Position numbers and translations under genes: made by a program. From Chitinophagales bacterium (GTDB lineage: Bacteria; Bacteroidota; Bacteroidia; Chitinophagales; Saprospiraceae), in contig JBBRVQ010000015.1 of NCBI GenBank assembly GCA_038246735.1, positions 9,200 to 73,199 on the forward strand: a stretch of 64,000 bases of DNA, read 5' to 3'. Under the pieces are notes generated by a model. The model was not told the origin of the DNA, did not search any database, and saw nothing but the letters and a program-made list of their open reading frames with translations. This document shows, piece by piece, positions 35,848 to 45,907 of the stretch (its first letter is position 1; every line of letters starts with the position of its first letter).

Positions 35848-37074
35848 TTGAAACGAAATGAAACAATTTTAGTTGCTTTACTGGCTTTATTGAATTTTAC
35901 GCATATACTGGATTTTATGATCATGATGCCTTTGGGCAACATACTAATGCCTAAATGGTCATTGACTACATCACAATTTGCAGTGATCGTTTCAGGTTAT
36001 TCTCTTGCGGCATTCGTAAGTAGTTTTACAGCAATATTTTTTGCTGATAAATTTGACAGGAAAAAACTTTTACTTTGGGCATATCTGGGATTTTTGATAG
36101 GTACTTTTGGGTGTGTTTTTGCTACAGGTCATTTTACAATGTTATTGGCTAGGATCATTGCGGGTATTTTTGGTGGTTTGATAGGTGCTCAAGTACTCAG
36201 CATCTTAGGTGATGTGATTCCATACGAAAGACGTGGGCAAGCCATGGGATTGCTGATGGGGGGATTTGCTTTGGCGTCTGTGGTCGGTGTTCCTTTCGGG
36301 CTTTTTTTAGCAAATAAATTTGACTGGTATTTTCCTTTCATCGTGGTAGCTGTTGTAGGCAGTTTGTTGTTTCCTTTTTTAATAAAATATATCCCAAACG
36401 TAAATGGGCACCTGCTCAATCCTGTGCATCTTAGGCAACGAGTTGATAATTTCTTTCAGATATTCAAAAATGATACACAGATGACTGCTTTGGCCTTCAG
36501 CATGTTGATGATTATGGGCCACTTCATCATCATACCGCTGATCAATCCATATTTGGTGTATAATGTAGGTGTAAAACAAGAATATACTCCCTTGATATAT
36601 TTTTGTGGTGGTCTTAGTGCCATGATTACCGCTCAATTAACTGGAAAATTTGCTGACAGATATGGCAAAAGACAAGTATTTGTAGTATCAGCTTTGGTCT
36701 CCACTATTTTTATCTACTTCATCACCAATATGCCTATAATGCCACTTTTTATTGTGCTAATCACTTTTTCCTTGTGGTTCAGTACTGCCACAGGACGTAC
36801 AGTACCCGGTCAGGCCATGACTACACAAGCTGTCACCACCCAAACCAGAGGAAGTTTTATGAGTCTCAATTCCTGCGTTCAATCTTTAGGGTCAGGATTA
36901 GCAACATTGGCTAGCGGATGGATAACATTTAGTGATGCATCCTATGCTATCCATAATTATCATATTTTGGGCTATATCAGCATCAGTCTTATTTTGATTT
37001 GTGCTGGTATGGCGTACAGATTGGACAGATTGATTATTGCCCATTTCAGTGCTATGGAAGAAGCAAAAAATTAA
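35848..37074 (+). CDS. MFS transporter
   Basis: About 12 predicted TM segments. The N-terminus (L/M)KRNETILVALLALLNFTHILDFMIMMPLG and the motif ADKFDRKK are typical of MFS. The TTG start is inferred. Confidence 0.8.
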   Translation: MKRNETILVALLALLNFTHILDFMIMMPLGNILMPKWSLTTSQFAVIVSGYSLAAFVSSFTAIFFADKFDRKKLLLWAYLGFLIGTFGCVFATGHFTMLLARIIAGIFGGLIGAQVLSILGDVIPYERRGQAMGLLMGGFALASVVGVPFGLFLANKFDWYFPFIVVAVVGSLLFPFLIKYIPNVNGHLLNPVHLRQRVDNFFQIFKNDTQMTALAFSMLMIMGHFIIIPLINPYLVYNVGVKQEYTPLIYFCGGLSAMITAQLTGKFADRYGKRQVFVVSALVSTIFIYFITNMPIMPLFIVLITFSLWFSTATGRTVPGQAMTTQAVTTQTRGSFMSLNSCVQSLGSGLATLASGWITFSDASYAIHNYHILGYISISLILICAGMAYRLDRLIIAHFSAMEEAKN

Positions 37075-37245
37075 CATCCTGAATCTATTTACACTAAGAT
37101 ATCCTTTTACTACTGTAATCGGTCGATATTATCCTGCCTTTTATATAAATTTTGATTTCATGCCCACTTATTGATTTAATTTTAACCAATGGCTGATGCA
37201 ACCATTGAATCAATAGATGTGTCTTTAAAAAAATCAGAAATATCC

Positions 37246-39711
37246 ATGCGAACTTTTTTCATTTTCTCCTTCTTAATTGTTGCTAATTTTTTACTTGCAG
37301 GAAATATTAAAATAAAAAAAGTAGAGTCAAAAAGAGTAACAAATGCAATAAAAATAGATGGCATACTCAACGATGGTGAGTGGAAAGATGCAACATTACT
37401 AGATCAGTTTGTAGAGTTCAGGCCTAACCCGGGTCAACTTGAGCATGAAATACACAAAACCGTTGCTTTTCTTTTGTATGATAACCAGGGTATTTATTTC
37501 GGTGGATTCTGTCATGAAGGAACAAAAGATAGTATTTCGACCGAATTAGTAGGACGGGATGGTTTTGGAAATAATGATTATGTTGGCATCGTTTTCGATA
37601 CTTACAAAGACAATATCAATGCATTCGAATATTTTATAACCCCGCTCAATGAACAGTGGGACGCAAAACAAGCTCCTAATCTAAACGGTGATTCTGAAGA
37701 CTTTTCTTGGAATAGTGTATGGGAAAGTGCTACAAAAATACATGAAAATGGCTGGAGTTTTGAGATATTTATTCCTTTTGCATCTATCCGTTTCCCTAAA
37801 AAAGATTTACAGGATTGGGGTCTGAATGTTACCCGAAAAAGGCAAAAAACAGGCGAACAATTTTTTTGGAATCACGTGGATCAAAATGTAAACGGATTTC
37901 TCACCCAGGAAGGTTACTGGACTGGTTTGAAAGACATTAAACCACCCGTCAGATTACAACTTTCGCCTTACTTATCTTTTTATTCCAATCACTATCCTAC
38001 CAATCAACCATCCATCAGTAATTACACCAATCAAATCAATGGAGGCTTGGATTTGAAATGGGGGATCAATCAGGCTTTCACACTGGATGCGACACTGATC
38101 CCGGATTTCGGTCAGGTACAAAGCGATGCCAGAGTATTGAATCTCACGCCATTTGAAGTAAGATTTAATGAAAACAGATCCTTTTTTACAGAAGGAACAG
38201 AGTTATTTAATAAAGGAAACCTATTTTATTCGAGAAGAATAGGAGGTAATCCAATATATTTTTATGATGCTTACAACCAAGTGGGGGATGATGAAACGCT
38301 CATCTCCAACCCAGCCGAAACAAAATTGATCAATGCTACCAAAATTTCCGGTAGAACACAAAATGGTTTAGGCATAGGTGTATTAAATGCAGTAACAAAC
38401 AATACCTATGCGGTAATTAAAAATAATGAAACAGGTATACAACGTGAGGTGCTTACTGACCCAATGACCAATTATAATGTTTTTGTGTTAAATAAATCTC
38501 TGAAATATAATTCTAGTATTAGTTTAGTAAACACCAATGTGCTTCGTTCTGGCGATGCGTATGATGCCAATGTGAGTGCTCTTATGTTTGATCTAAATGA
38601 TAAAACCAACAGTTGGAATATTGGTGGCCAATTTTCTTCCAGCCAGATCATCAATAATGGCACCTTCAAAGATGTCTATGGATATAGCCATAGTATTTAC
38701 ATGGGGAAAACAAGCGGGAAAATAAGGTACAATATTTGGCAGGAACTGGCGGATTCAAAATTTACCAGCAATGACCTGGGATATTTTACGAACAGCAATT
38801 ACATGACCCAGGGAGTATGGATGGGAATCAGGAGACCGGAACCCAAAGGTTGGAGCAACAATATGAATACAAATATCAACCTGAATTATAGTAGACTGCT
38901 CAGCCCTTTTGGCATCGAAAACCCAATGTTTCAGGTAGCAAGGGTAAATGTCAACATCAATGCCCAACACAAAAATCTTTCGTGGATGGGTCTAAATACT
39001 AATTTCAATTCAAATGAAAATGATTTTTATGAGCCAAGAATTAGCAATAGATTTTTCAGACGGGGTGAGAGTGCTTTGATAGGATATTGGTATGAAAGCA
39101 ATGGGGCCAGGAAACTGTCATTCACGTCAGAAATTTTTGTACGTAGATACTTTAACTTTTATGATGGAACAGCCGTGGACCTTAATTTTTATCAGAACTG
39201 GCGGACCAGCGAAAAATTATCATTGAGATTGGGAGTGAGCTTTCAGCCAAGATACAATAATGTAGGCTTTTCCACTTTTGAAGGAAACGAGCCAATATTT
39301 GCAAAAAGAGATATTCACACCTATGAGACATCACTTAGAGTAAAATATAACTTTACAAACAGAATGGGAATAACTCTGGTCGGCAGACATTATGTAAGAT
39401 CACTAAGCAATGATCAACTATTTTTTTTAAATGAAGACGGTACTCTGAAAGAGAATGCAATTGAACCAAAATCGAATGATCGAACAGCAAATTACTTTAA
39501 TATTGATATGGTGTACACCTGGCAAATAGCACAAGGTAGTTTTATTAATGTTGTATGGAAAAACGCGATTACAAGATTTGATGCATACCACAGGAATGGA
39601 TATTTTGACAATCTAAGAGAGACGGTTGTTGAAAACCAAAACAACAATCTGTCTTTAAAACTGATTTATTTTCTGGATTACAATACTTTGGTAAATAAAA
39701 GGAATAGTTAG
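37246..39711 (+). CDS. CBM9-like / DUF5916-type outer membrane protein
   Basis: Signal peptide MRTFFIFSFLIVANFLLAG. The N-terminal ...IKIDGILNDGEWKDA... motif is typical of carbohydrate-binding family 9-like domains. The C-terminal region is long, beta-rich and aromatic-rich. Confidence 0.55.
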   Translation: MRTFFIFSFLIVANFLLAGNIKIKKVESKRVTNAIKIDGILNDGEWKDATLLDQFVEFRPNPGQLEHEIHKTVAFLLYDNQGIYFGGFCHEGTKDSISTELVGRDGFGNNDYVGIVFDTYKDNINAFEYFITPLNEQWDAKQAPNLNGDSEDFSWNSVWESATKIHENGWSFEIFIPFASIRFPKKDLQDWGLNVTRKRQKTGEQFFWNHVDQNVNGFLTQEGYWTGLKDIKPPVRLQLSPYLSFYSNHYPTNQPSISNYTNQINGGLDLKWGINQAFTLDATLIPDFGQVQSDARVLNLTPFEVRFNENRSFFTEGTELFNKGNLFYSRRIGGNPIYFYDAYNQVGDDETLISNPAETKLINATKISGRTQNGLGIGVLNAVTNNTYAVIKNNETGIQREVLTDPMTNYNVFVLNKSLKYNSSISLVNTNVLRSGDAYDANVSALMFDLNDKTNSWNIGGQFSSSQIINNGTFKDVYGYSHSIYMGKTSGKIRYNIWQELADSKFTSNDLGYFTNSNYMTQGVWMGIRRPEPKGWSNNMNTNINLNYSRLLSPFGIENPMFQVARVNVNINAQHKNLSWMGLNTNFNSNENDFYEPRISNRFFRRGESALIGYWYESNGARKLSFTSEIFVRRYFNFYDGTAVDLNFYQNWRTSEKLSLRLGVSFQPRYNNVGFSTFEGNEPIFAKRDIHTYETSLRVKYNFTNRMGITLVGRHYVRSLSNDQLFFLNEDGTLKENAIEPKSNDRTANYFNIDMVYTWQIAQGSFINVVWKNAITRFDAYHRNGYFDNLRETVVENQNNNLSLKLIYFLDYNTLVNKRNS

Positions 39712-40096
39712 AATGGTCATCAAGTTAAATAAAAATATTAAATCAGAAATAAATGATAACAAATTTAAATTATTGAGACAGGTTAAGTAAGATTACAGCT
39801 TCAAATATAGTTTATAAAGTTATTTAGCTTCACCCAAATTATAGCTTGCAGACAAATGATGAAATTTTAAACATACTCCAATGAAGTCCCAAAGTTACAA
39901 TTTTATCGTAATTCAAATTTGCGATCAATTATCTTTCTATACTTATTTTATTGAAACAAAGTCTGGTTTTCTGAATACATAGACATATTCTAAAGAGGTA
40001 TAGCAGAATAAATACGAAAAAATGGTGTAATTGTTAATAATCCACCATTTATGTCGAATTTTATTTTCTAATGACAAATTATATCTTAAAAAGATT

Positions 40097-40104
40097 TATT
40101 TTTG
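40097..40104 (+). promoter_or_regulatory. candidate -7 box TATTTTTG
   Basis: TAnnTTTG match 46 nt upstream of ATG 40150. Confidence 0.3.
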
Positions 40105-40149
40105 TTGCATAATATAAGGTTTATTTTTCTTTAAATTAAATGATGCGCC

Positions 40150-40974
40150 ATGAAAACTTTATTTTTCTCAGTATTCATATTTACAACGACCTCATTTCTT
40201 CTGTCTCAAAAACTTTCTGTTGTTAATATAGAAGAGCTACGGTCATTGTCAGGTTCTTGGGATTATTGCAAAATAGATGTAAAGCCAATCGGGGACGAAA
40301 TCAGGAGCTATACTTACTACAAAATCGATGAGGTAAAACGTGCTGTAGATAATAAAGGCATCAATCTGATCCCTGAAAATCAAACTGCACCTGATTACAA
40401 ACCAATATCTGAAAACATTACGTTACAGTTATTGAAACCATCAAGATCTGCTACTTCTATTTCAGTAGATGGTACCATAAGCCTTTATAAACCAACTGAA
40501 GCAAATGGGGGCATAATAAAATTGAGTGGTTTTATGAAAAAGCCAGAAGTCAACCTTGCGCCAAAAGGTGCTGCTTTTTCAGTGTTTTATTATGATAAGC
40601 CGACCTTGTCCAAAAAAAATGAAGTGGATTATATGAAACGATACGAAGAAATAGAAAAATTGCCTGAACCTGAACGAAATTTTGCGTCTGAAGTTAATTC
40701 TCTGGTAAACGGATTGACTTATTACTCAGAAGATGATTTACAAAAAATACTCTTTTTTGCCGTTGGTGGGGATAATTCTGCTATTTTGGGATTTGAATTT
40801 GAAGATGGCAAAGGCAAAAAAATATCACAGGTATCTTCATCTTCTACAAATGTAGTGTATACCTATTATTTTGAAGAAAAACCTGACCCGGGCATGAAGG
40901 TGATTTTGAATGTCGAGAGCATTAAGGCAGTAAAGAAGATTCCTTTTTCTCTCCTTGGCATTGACTTGCCATGA
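40150..40974 (+). CDS. hypothetical secreted protein
   Basis: 274-aa ORF with signal peptide MKTLFFSVFIFTTTSFLLS|QKL. No family recognised. Confidence 0.6.
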   Translation: MKTLFFSVFIFTTTSFLLSQKLSVVNIEELRSLSGSWDYCKIDVKPIGDEIRSYTYYKIDEVKRAVDNKGINLIPENQTAPDYKPISENITLQLLKPSRSATSISVDGTISLYKPTEANGGIIKLSGFMKKPEVNLAPKGAAFSVFYYDKPTLSKKNEVDYMKRYEEIEKLPEPERNFASEVNSLVNGLTYYSEDDLQKILFFAVGGDNSAILGFEFEDGKGKKISQVSSSSTNVVYTYYFEEKPDPGMKVILNVESIKAVKKIPFSLLGIDLP

Positions 40975-41071
40975 ACTTTTTATAATATTTGGCTTTATTG
41001 GTTTGGATTCGCCAGACTTATCAAAAATTACTATTTTCGGGTGAATCCCATTTTTCTGTGTAGTTAAAATT

Positions 41072-41899
41072 TTATATTCTGGCTTGAATCCAGTTTGTCA
41101 CTACTTGCATAACAATTTCTTTTTCTGGTTCACGCATGATTTCATGATACAATCCTTCAAAATATTCTATCTTTTTGTCAGTGGAAGATATTTTATCATA
41201 CATCCACTGGCTTCCCAACGGGTCTGCAAGTCTGTCTTTAGATCCGTGCATAATTAATACTGGAAGATTAATATGCGGAAAAATATTTTGTGCTGATTTC
41301 ATTGCTTCCAGCATTTCGAAACCTAATCTGGCTTTGGTACCTCCATGGTAGACGGCAGGATCAGTAAAATACTTTACTACTTCTTTTGGGTCACGACTGA
41401 GTGCATTGGGATCTAGTTTTATAGTTTTAAGATGCGGGGCTAATCTGCTCATAATTCCTGATATATTTCTTAAAAAAGGAGAAATACTTTCATCTATTTT
41501 AAGCGCACCAGCTGAAGATATAAATCCTGCAAATTGATGCTCCAAATGACTTGCTAAATATTCAACTCCGATCAGACTACCCATACTGTGTCCCATAAGA
41601 AAGGTGGGCAGTTCAGGCTTTTTTAGCTGCTTAAGATAGATATCCAGATCATCCGTGTATTGCCCGAATCTATTGATATAGGCCCTTGTACCATCTGATT
41701 TGCCATATCCCCGATGGTCATATGCAAAAACATTTATTTCGGCATTATTTAGTTGTTCTATCATCCATCCATATCTGCCAATATGCTCTGTATAGCCATG
41801 AAGGAAAATGAGATTTGCCCTTGCATGGCTTATTGTATTTGAAATAGTATATAACGAAGTATCGTCCGGTAGCTTGATATATTGATTGTGTAAATGCAT
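41072..41899 (-). CDS. alpha/beta hydrolase (lysophospholipase / monoacylglycerol lipase-like)
   Basis: 275 aa with HG oxyanion motif LIFLHGYTEH, nucleophile elbow GHSMGS and a C-terminal His region ...YHEIM. Confidence 0.75.
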   Translation of the reverse strand: MHLHNQYIKLPDDTSLYTISNTISHARANLIFLHGYTEHIGRYGWMIEQLNNAEINVFAYDHRGYGKSDGTRAYINRFGQYTDDLDIYLKQLKKPELPTFLMGHSMGSLIGVEYLASHLEHQFAGFISSAGALKIDESISPFLRNISGIMSRLAPHLKTIKLDPNALSRDPKEVVKYFTDPAVYHGGTKARLGFEMLEAMKSAQNIFPHINLPVLIMHGSKDRLADPLGSQWMYDKISSTDKKIEYFEGLYHEIMREPEKEIVMQVVTNWIQARI

Positions 41900-41961
41900 G
41901 GATTGGTCTATATTTTTGGTAAAGATACATACTTAGGTTTTGTAATTTGTAAACAAGCCGT

Positions 41962-41969
41962 TATCTTTG
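41962..41969 (+). promoter_or_regulatory. candidate -7 box TATCTTTG
   Basis: TAnnTTTG match overlapping the ORF-track TTG start (41967) and 31 nt upstream of ATG 42000. Confidence 0.3.
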
Positions 41970-41999
41970 ATGAGTATTGTTAAAATTAAATATAGTCTT

Positions 42000-42650
42000 A
42001 TGAAAAGTCAAACGCCTACCTGGGCGATAATTGTGTCCATCCTGATGATGTTGATCGGCGGATGTGGTATTAAAAATGATATACAATATATCAATATCAG
42101 GTCAATGCTGGCTATGAAGGATAAATTTATTAGTAATATTGATAAATCCATTGAAAAAGAAACTGATTCATCGGCTACGAATCCCAGTGAGAATGTGGTT
42201 ACTGACAGTATGTCGATAGATACGGTTTCAGAAGAAGATGAAAACGATGAAGTGAACTCTGACACCAGCGCAATTGATTTAAATGGAGAAAAAAAAGATA
42301 TAAATGAAGTGAAAAGTATGATTGATGGGTTTTTAGATGTACCTGAAGAAACCATCCAATGGATGATAAGATTAGGTTATATTGGCTTATTTTTCTCTCT
42401 TTTATTTCTGATAGGCGGCTTATTTCTTCTTATCAAAAAGGACTTTTCTATCAAACTTGCCTATATTGTGTTAGGAGCAAATATTGCTTTCAGCATTTTC
42501 AAGTGGGTTATGCTTTCAGGCAAGGGAGGTAGTATGCTAGCCATTTCCAATAGTGTGGGTGCCGTCTTTTCCATTATTTTAAGTATTATTGTAGGTATAG
42601 TAATAATATCCTGTGATAAAAGCCATTATGAAGAAATGTATACGGACTGA
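42000..42650 (+). CDS. hypothetical membrane protein with acidic low-complexity loop
   Basis: N-terminal TM (TWAIIVSILMMLIGGC), an acidic Ser/Asp/Glu-rich middle and three C-terminal TM segments. Confidence 0.6.
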   Translation: MKSQTPTWAIIVSILMMLIGGCGIKNDIQYINIRSMLAMKDKFISNIDKSIEKETDSSATNPSENVVTDSMSIDTVSEEDENDEVNSDTSAIDLNGEKKDINEVKSMIDGFLDVPEETIQWMIRLGYIGLFFSLLFLIGGLFLLIKKDFSIKLAYIVLGANIAFSIFKWVMLSGKGGSMLAISNSVGAVFSIILSIIVGIVIISCDKSHYEEMYTD

Positions 42651-43331
42651 GTTGAATGCGCAGTTGATTTATCAGGATTTAAAACACTAGTGCCAAGAAC
42701 AATCGCACCAAGTAAAGGCCGTCTCCATGAAAGCTTACATGAAACATTTGTTTGACTTTTATGGAATAAATGCACATCAAAGAAAAGAGCTGGTAAGGAC
42801 ATTAAAGAAGAGATGTAAGTTTGCCCCGGATAACAATTTGTGGCAATTGGTAAAGTATTTATTGGCGGACCCACATATAGAAATGCGGTATAGTGCTATT
42901 GCTTTACTAACCCCCATTTGCCAAAAAAATGTCTGGTGCAGATCTACTTCAACTTGAAAATATGAGCATTTCAAAATCATGGTGGGATACTGTGGATGGC
43001 ATTGCCCCTACCATGGCAGGACGGATATTCAGAGATAATAAACTAATCAGAGATAAGTATATTTATCGTTGGATGGAAAGTGAAAATATATAGTTACAGC
43101 GCTCTGCAATTATTTTTCGATTGAAGTATGGCAAGGAGACAGATTGGAATTTATTATGTGAAGCCGTACTAAAAATGACAGTTCGAAAGAATTTTTTGTA
43201 CGAAAAGAGTAGGGCTGGGCATTGCGCCAATATAATAAATACGATACTTTGGCAGTACGCCAATTTGTAGATGCCAATCCACAGTTGTCAGGCTGACAAG
43301 ACGGGAAGCTTTATGGCTGATCGAAAATTAA
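42628..43331 (+). pseudogene. heavily decayed DNA alkylation repair (AlkD-like, PF08713-type) gene
   Basis: Family motifs are spread over three frames: MKAYMKHLFDFYGI, SWWDTVDGIA, (W)LQRSAIIFRLKYGKETDWNLL, EFFVRK..GWALRQYNKYDTLAVRQFVDANPQLSG and LTRREALWLIEN*. In-frame TAGs lie at 42688-90, 43091-93 and 43210-12. There are frameshifts at the A7 run 42922-42928, between about 43150-43190, and near 43293. Confidence 0.7.
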
Positions 43332-43389
43332 GTAAAATATTGACATTTTCTTTTAAAAACTAATTTATTTAGAATCTAGAAAGTAAAAT

Positions 43390-45099
43390 TTACTTTTGTA
43401 TCTCCTTTAGTTCTTCGCGGATTTCGTTCTGAACCTTTTTTACACGCATTAGTGTTATCCCTTCCTTATCCAGCAGCTGATCAAATTCAAAAAAATTGGA
43501 TTCAATCTTATGTTTTATCCTGGCAGTGTAATCAGTGAGTTTTTCAGATACTTCATCCTTCATTTTCACTCGTCCTTTCACTATTTCTTCCTCAAATTTT
43601 TTTATTACTTTAGAACGGTTGAGTCCAAGTGTTACTCCGGCAAAAAGTACTCCCACAGCGGTGAGCACTCCTCCTGTAATATCAAATACTGCACCTTGTG
43701 CAACAGCTGCCAGAATAACTCCCACAATGGCCACTCCACCGCCAGCTGCCAGATTTGGGGTCATTTTGGATGATTCTGACACCATTTTGTCATCATAAAA
43801 ATTCTCTGCAGTATTCATAAATTGAGCGAAACTTTGCTGTAAATCTCTGAGTACATTGATGCGCCGCTCAGCAATGTCCGCAAATATCTCATCGTTGTTT
43901 TTAAGTATGGTTTCTGAGTAACGTAGCTTGTTGTCTACAAGTTTTCCCATAATTTGAATATTTTCAGCTACGTCAATAATTCCATTCTGAAGTTTATCTC
44001 TTAGTGAGGTGTTGAGCTTTAACTCAAAATCTTTGGCTTGAGTAGTGAGCCACTCTTTCAGGCTGCTTTCTTTGCCAAAAATAGAACTGAAGGACCTTTT
44101 TACTACACTTATGAATGATAATCCATCTTCCAAGTCACTTAATTTTTGTCTGGTGATATTGTCATAACTATCCAGTAGATTGTCTGTCAGAACATGAATT
44201 TGTTTTTCTGTTTTCTGATGTTGGGTGTCTATGAGTTCTCTTATCTCGGCTCTGAATTTTATATCCACTTCATATTGATGGATGCGGTTTTTCATACTGT
44301 CATCCAATTTTTCAGAAATGGTCAATAATGTATTTACGTTATTTTGAAATTTGAGCTCCGGTGCCTTTCCTCCCGTGATATTGTCCGATATGTAATTTCT
44401 TATCGCTTTAAACCCACTGATGTCGTGATAATTGTCTAACTCCAGTTTGGCAGATACGGCAAATACTTTAGGATCGGCAATTCCTTTCTTTTTTGCATGT
44501 TCTACTACACCTTCAAAATTGATCTGAAGGTCATTTTCCGGAAGAAGATCTTTCTGCTGCAATACAAAAATGATTTTTCGGTGCCATTCTGTGTTGATAA
44601 AATCAAAAAACTCCCAACTTGACTGTCTATACGGATTCTTGGCTTCAAAAACAAATACGATTAGGTCGGAATATGGTATAAACTTTTCTGTGATCTCCTG
44701 ATGATGTGTCACGATAGTATTCGTACCTGGTGTATCGACGATAGCTATTTCCTGTAATATTTCTACAGGTTGATATATTTTTTTTAAATATGGATTAATA
44801 ACTTCTATTCGTTCTTCAGGCCCATAAACAATTTGTTGAATAGTATCGGTCATCGGCATAGGAGCAACTTTACATATTTCTTTGCCTGTATCAAGAAGGG
44901 CATTGATAAAACTGCTTTTGCCGGCTTTGACTTCTCCCACTATAACAAATGTAAAAGGCGCATCCAATTGAGATCTCAATTCTCCAAGCGTAAGCTCAAG
45001 TTTTTCATGTCCGACTTCTTTGGTGACATCCATCAGTTTATCCACAGAAATGGCAAGTCTGGAGAGTTTAAAGTTAAGTTCTTTATTGATTTCCTGCAT
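43390..45099 (-). CDS. dynamin-family GTPase (bacterial dynamin-like protein) with C-terminal membrane hairpin
   Basis: G1 GEVKAGKSSFINAL, G3 DTPGTN, G4-like LQQKD, a long helical stalk, and the hydrophobic Gly/Ala-rich segment LAAGGGVAIVGVILAAVAQGAVFDITGGVLTAVGVLFAGVTLGL. Confidence 0.7.
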   Translation of the reverse strand: MQEINKELNFKLSRLAISVDKLMDVTKEVGHEKLELTLGELRSQLDAPFTFVIVGEVKAGKSSFINALLDTGKEICKVAPMPMTDTIQQIVYGPEERIEVINPYLKKIYQPVEILQEIAIVDTPGTNTIVTHHQEITEKFIPYSDLIVFVFEAKNPYRQSSWEFFDFINTEWHRKIIFVLQQKDLLPENDLQINFEGVVEHAKKKGIADPKVFAVSAKLELDNYHDISGFKAIRNYISDNITGGKAPELKFQNNVNTLLTISEKLDDSMKNRIHQYEVDIKFRAEIRELIDTQHQKTEKQIHVLTDNLLDSYDNITRQKLSDLEDGLSFISVVKRSFSSIFGKESSLKEWLTTQAKDFELKLNTSLRDKLQNGIIDVAENIQIMGKLVDNKLRYSETILKNNDEIFADIAERRINVLRDLQQSFAQFMNTAENFYDDKMVSESSKMTPNLAAGGGVAIVGVILAAVAQGAVFDITGGVLTAVGVLFAGVTLGLNRSKVIKKFEEEIVKGRVKMKDEVSEKLTDYTARIKHKIESNFFEFDQLLDKEGITLMRVKKVQNEIREELKEIQK

Positions 45100-45105
45100 C
45101 AGATT

Positions 45106-45738
45106 TCATTTTAAGATGATTAAATTATTGGCAGCATTTATTTTTGTAAGTACAGATGTGGATTCAGGACCTGCACAGAATAATACATCCAGAATGCTTA
45201 GATTTGGAGTAAAATTAAACTTTTCTTCCCATACCTGAGTGTATTTTATCGTAGTTTGATACAAATTCCATTCAATATTTCGTAAATCTGATATATTAAA
45301 GTAATCTTTCTGATATGAATGAGTATATTCGACGGTTAGTTGAAGTTTTAATTTTTTTATTGCAAAATGCAACGCATCCATATTTAACAGGAATAGATAC
45401 GAGTGTTTCTTCTTTAGTATCTTTTCTACGTCATAATAATAAAACTCAAAATATGGACTTTTCCCATATGCAGAACGTATGCAATGTAAATGTTTGTCCA
45501 CCCAGTTTTCGTCGTAGGAAATCCTTACATCAGTGATAGCAGTACCAGCATTTTTACCTTTTTTAAGTGGTATGCTTAAAGTGACTGGTCCATTTGACGT
45601 TAGAATGGAATATCTATTGCGAAAAGATCTTTTTTGGTAAGATTCATTTTTTTCAATCAATAAAGTTTCTTTACCTACATATTGACTGAATTGACTAATA
45701 GGTCCGAATATCTGACTTTCATGGAGGATAGATTTCAT
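45106..45738 (-). CDS. WbqC-like family protein
   Basis: 210 aa. The pattern ...SQIFGPISQFSQY...YQKRSFRNRYSILTSNGPVTLSIPLKKG...ISYDENWVDKHLHCIRSAYGKSPYFEFY resembles the WbqC family. Confidence 0.55.
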   Translation of the reverse strand: MKSILHESQIFGPISQFSQYVGKETLLIEKNESYQKRSFRNRYSILTSNGPVTLSIPLKKGKNAGTAITDVRISYDENWVDKHLHCIRSAYGKSPYFEFYYYDVEKILKKKHSYLFLLNMDALHFAIKKLKLQLTVEYTHSYQKDYFNISDLRNIEWNLYQTTIKYTQVWEEKFNFTPNLSILDVLFCAGPESTSVLTKINAANNLIILK

Positions 45739-45841
45739 CTTGCAAAGATAGTAGTATTTTAAAATTACAGAACGGTGTTTTATTAATTGAATTTCATATT
45801 TAGAAATAAAATCTGCTATGCATCATTAAAAATAATGGTAC

Positions 45842-45881
45842 AATAAAAACACCCTGGCCAAATGATAAGATCAGGGTGTTT
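45842..45881 (-). terminator. rho-independent terminator of the RND efflux operon
   Basis: The minus-strand RNA reads AAACACCCUG-(15-nt loop)-CAGGGUGUUU followed by UUUUAUUG. That is a 10-bp perfect stem about 27 nt after the stop at 45908. Confidence 0.7.
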
Positions 45882-45907
45882 AAATTTATCTCAATAAGTT
45901 AGGTTAA

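Noticed and set aside
42626-43263. Minus-strand ORFs 42626-42874, 42777-42980 and 43063-43263
   Set aside because: The plus strand here carries recognisable, though frameshifted, AlkD-like motifs. The minus-strand translations have no motifs.
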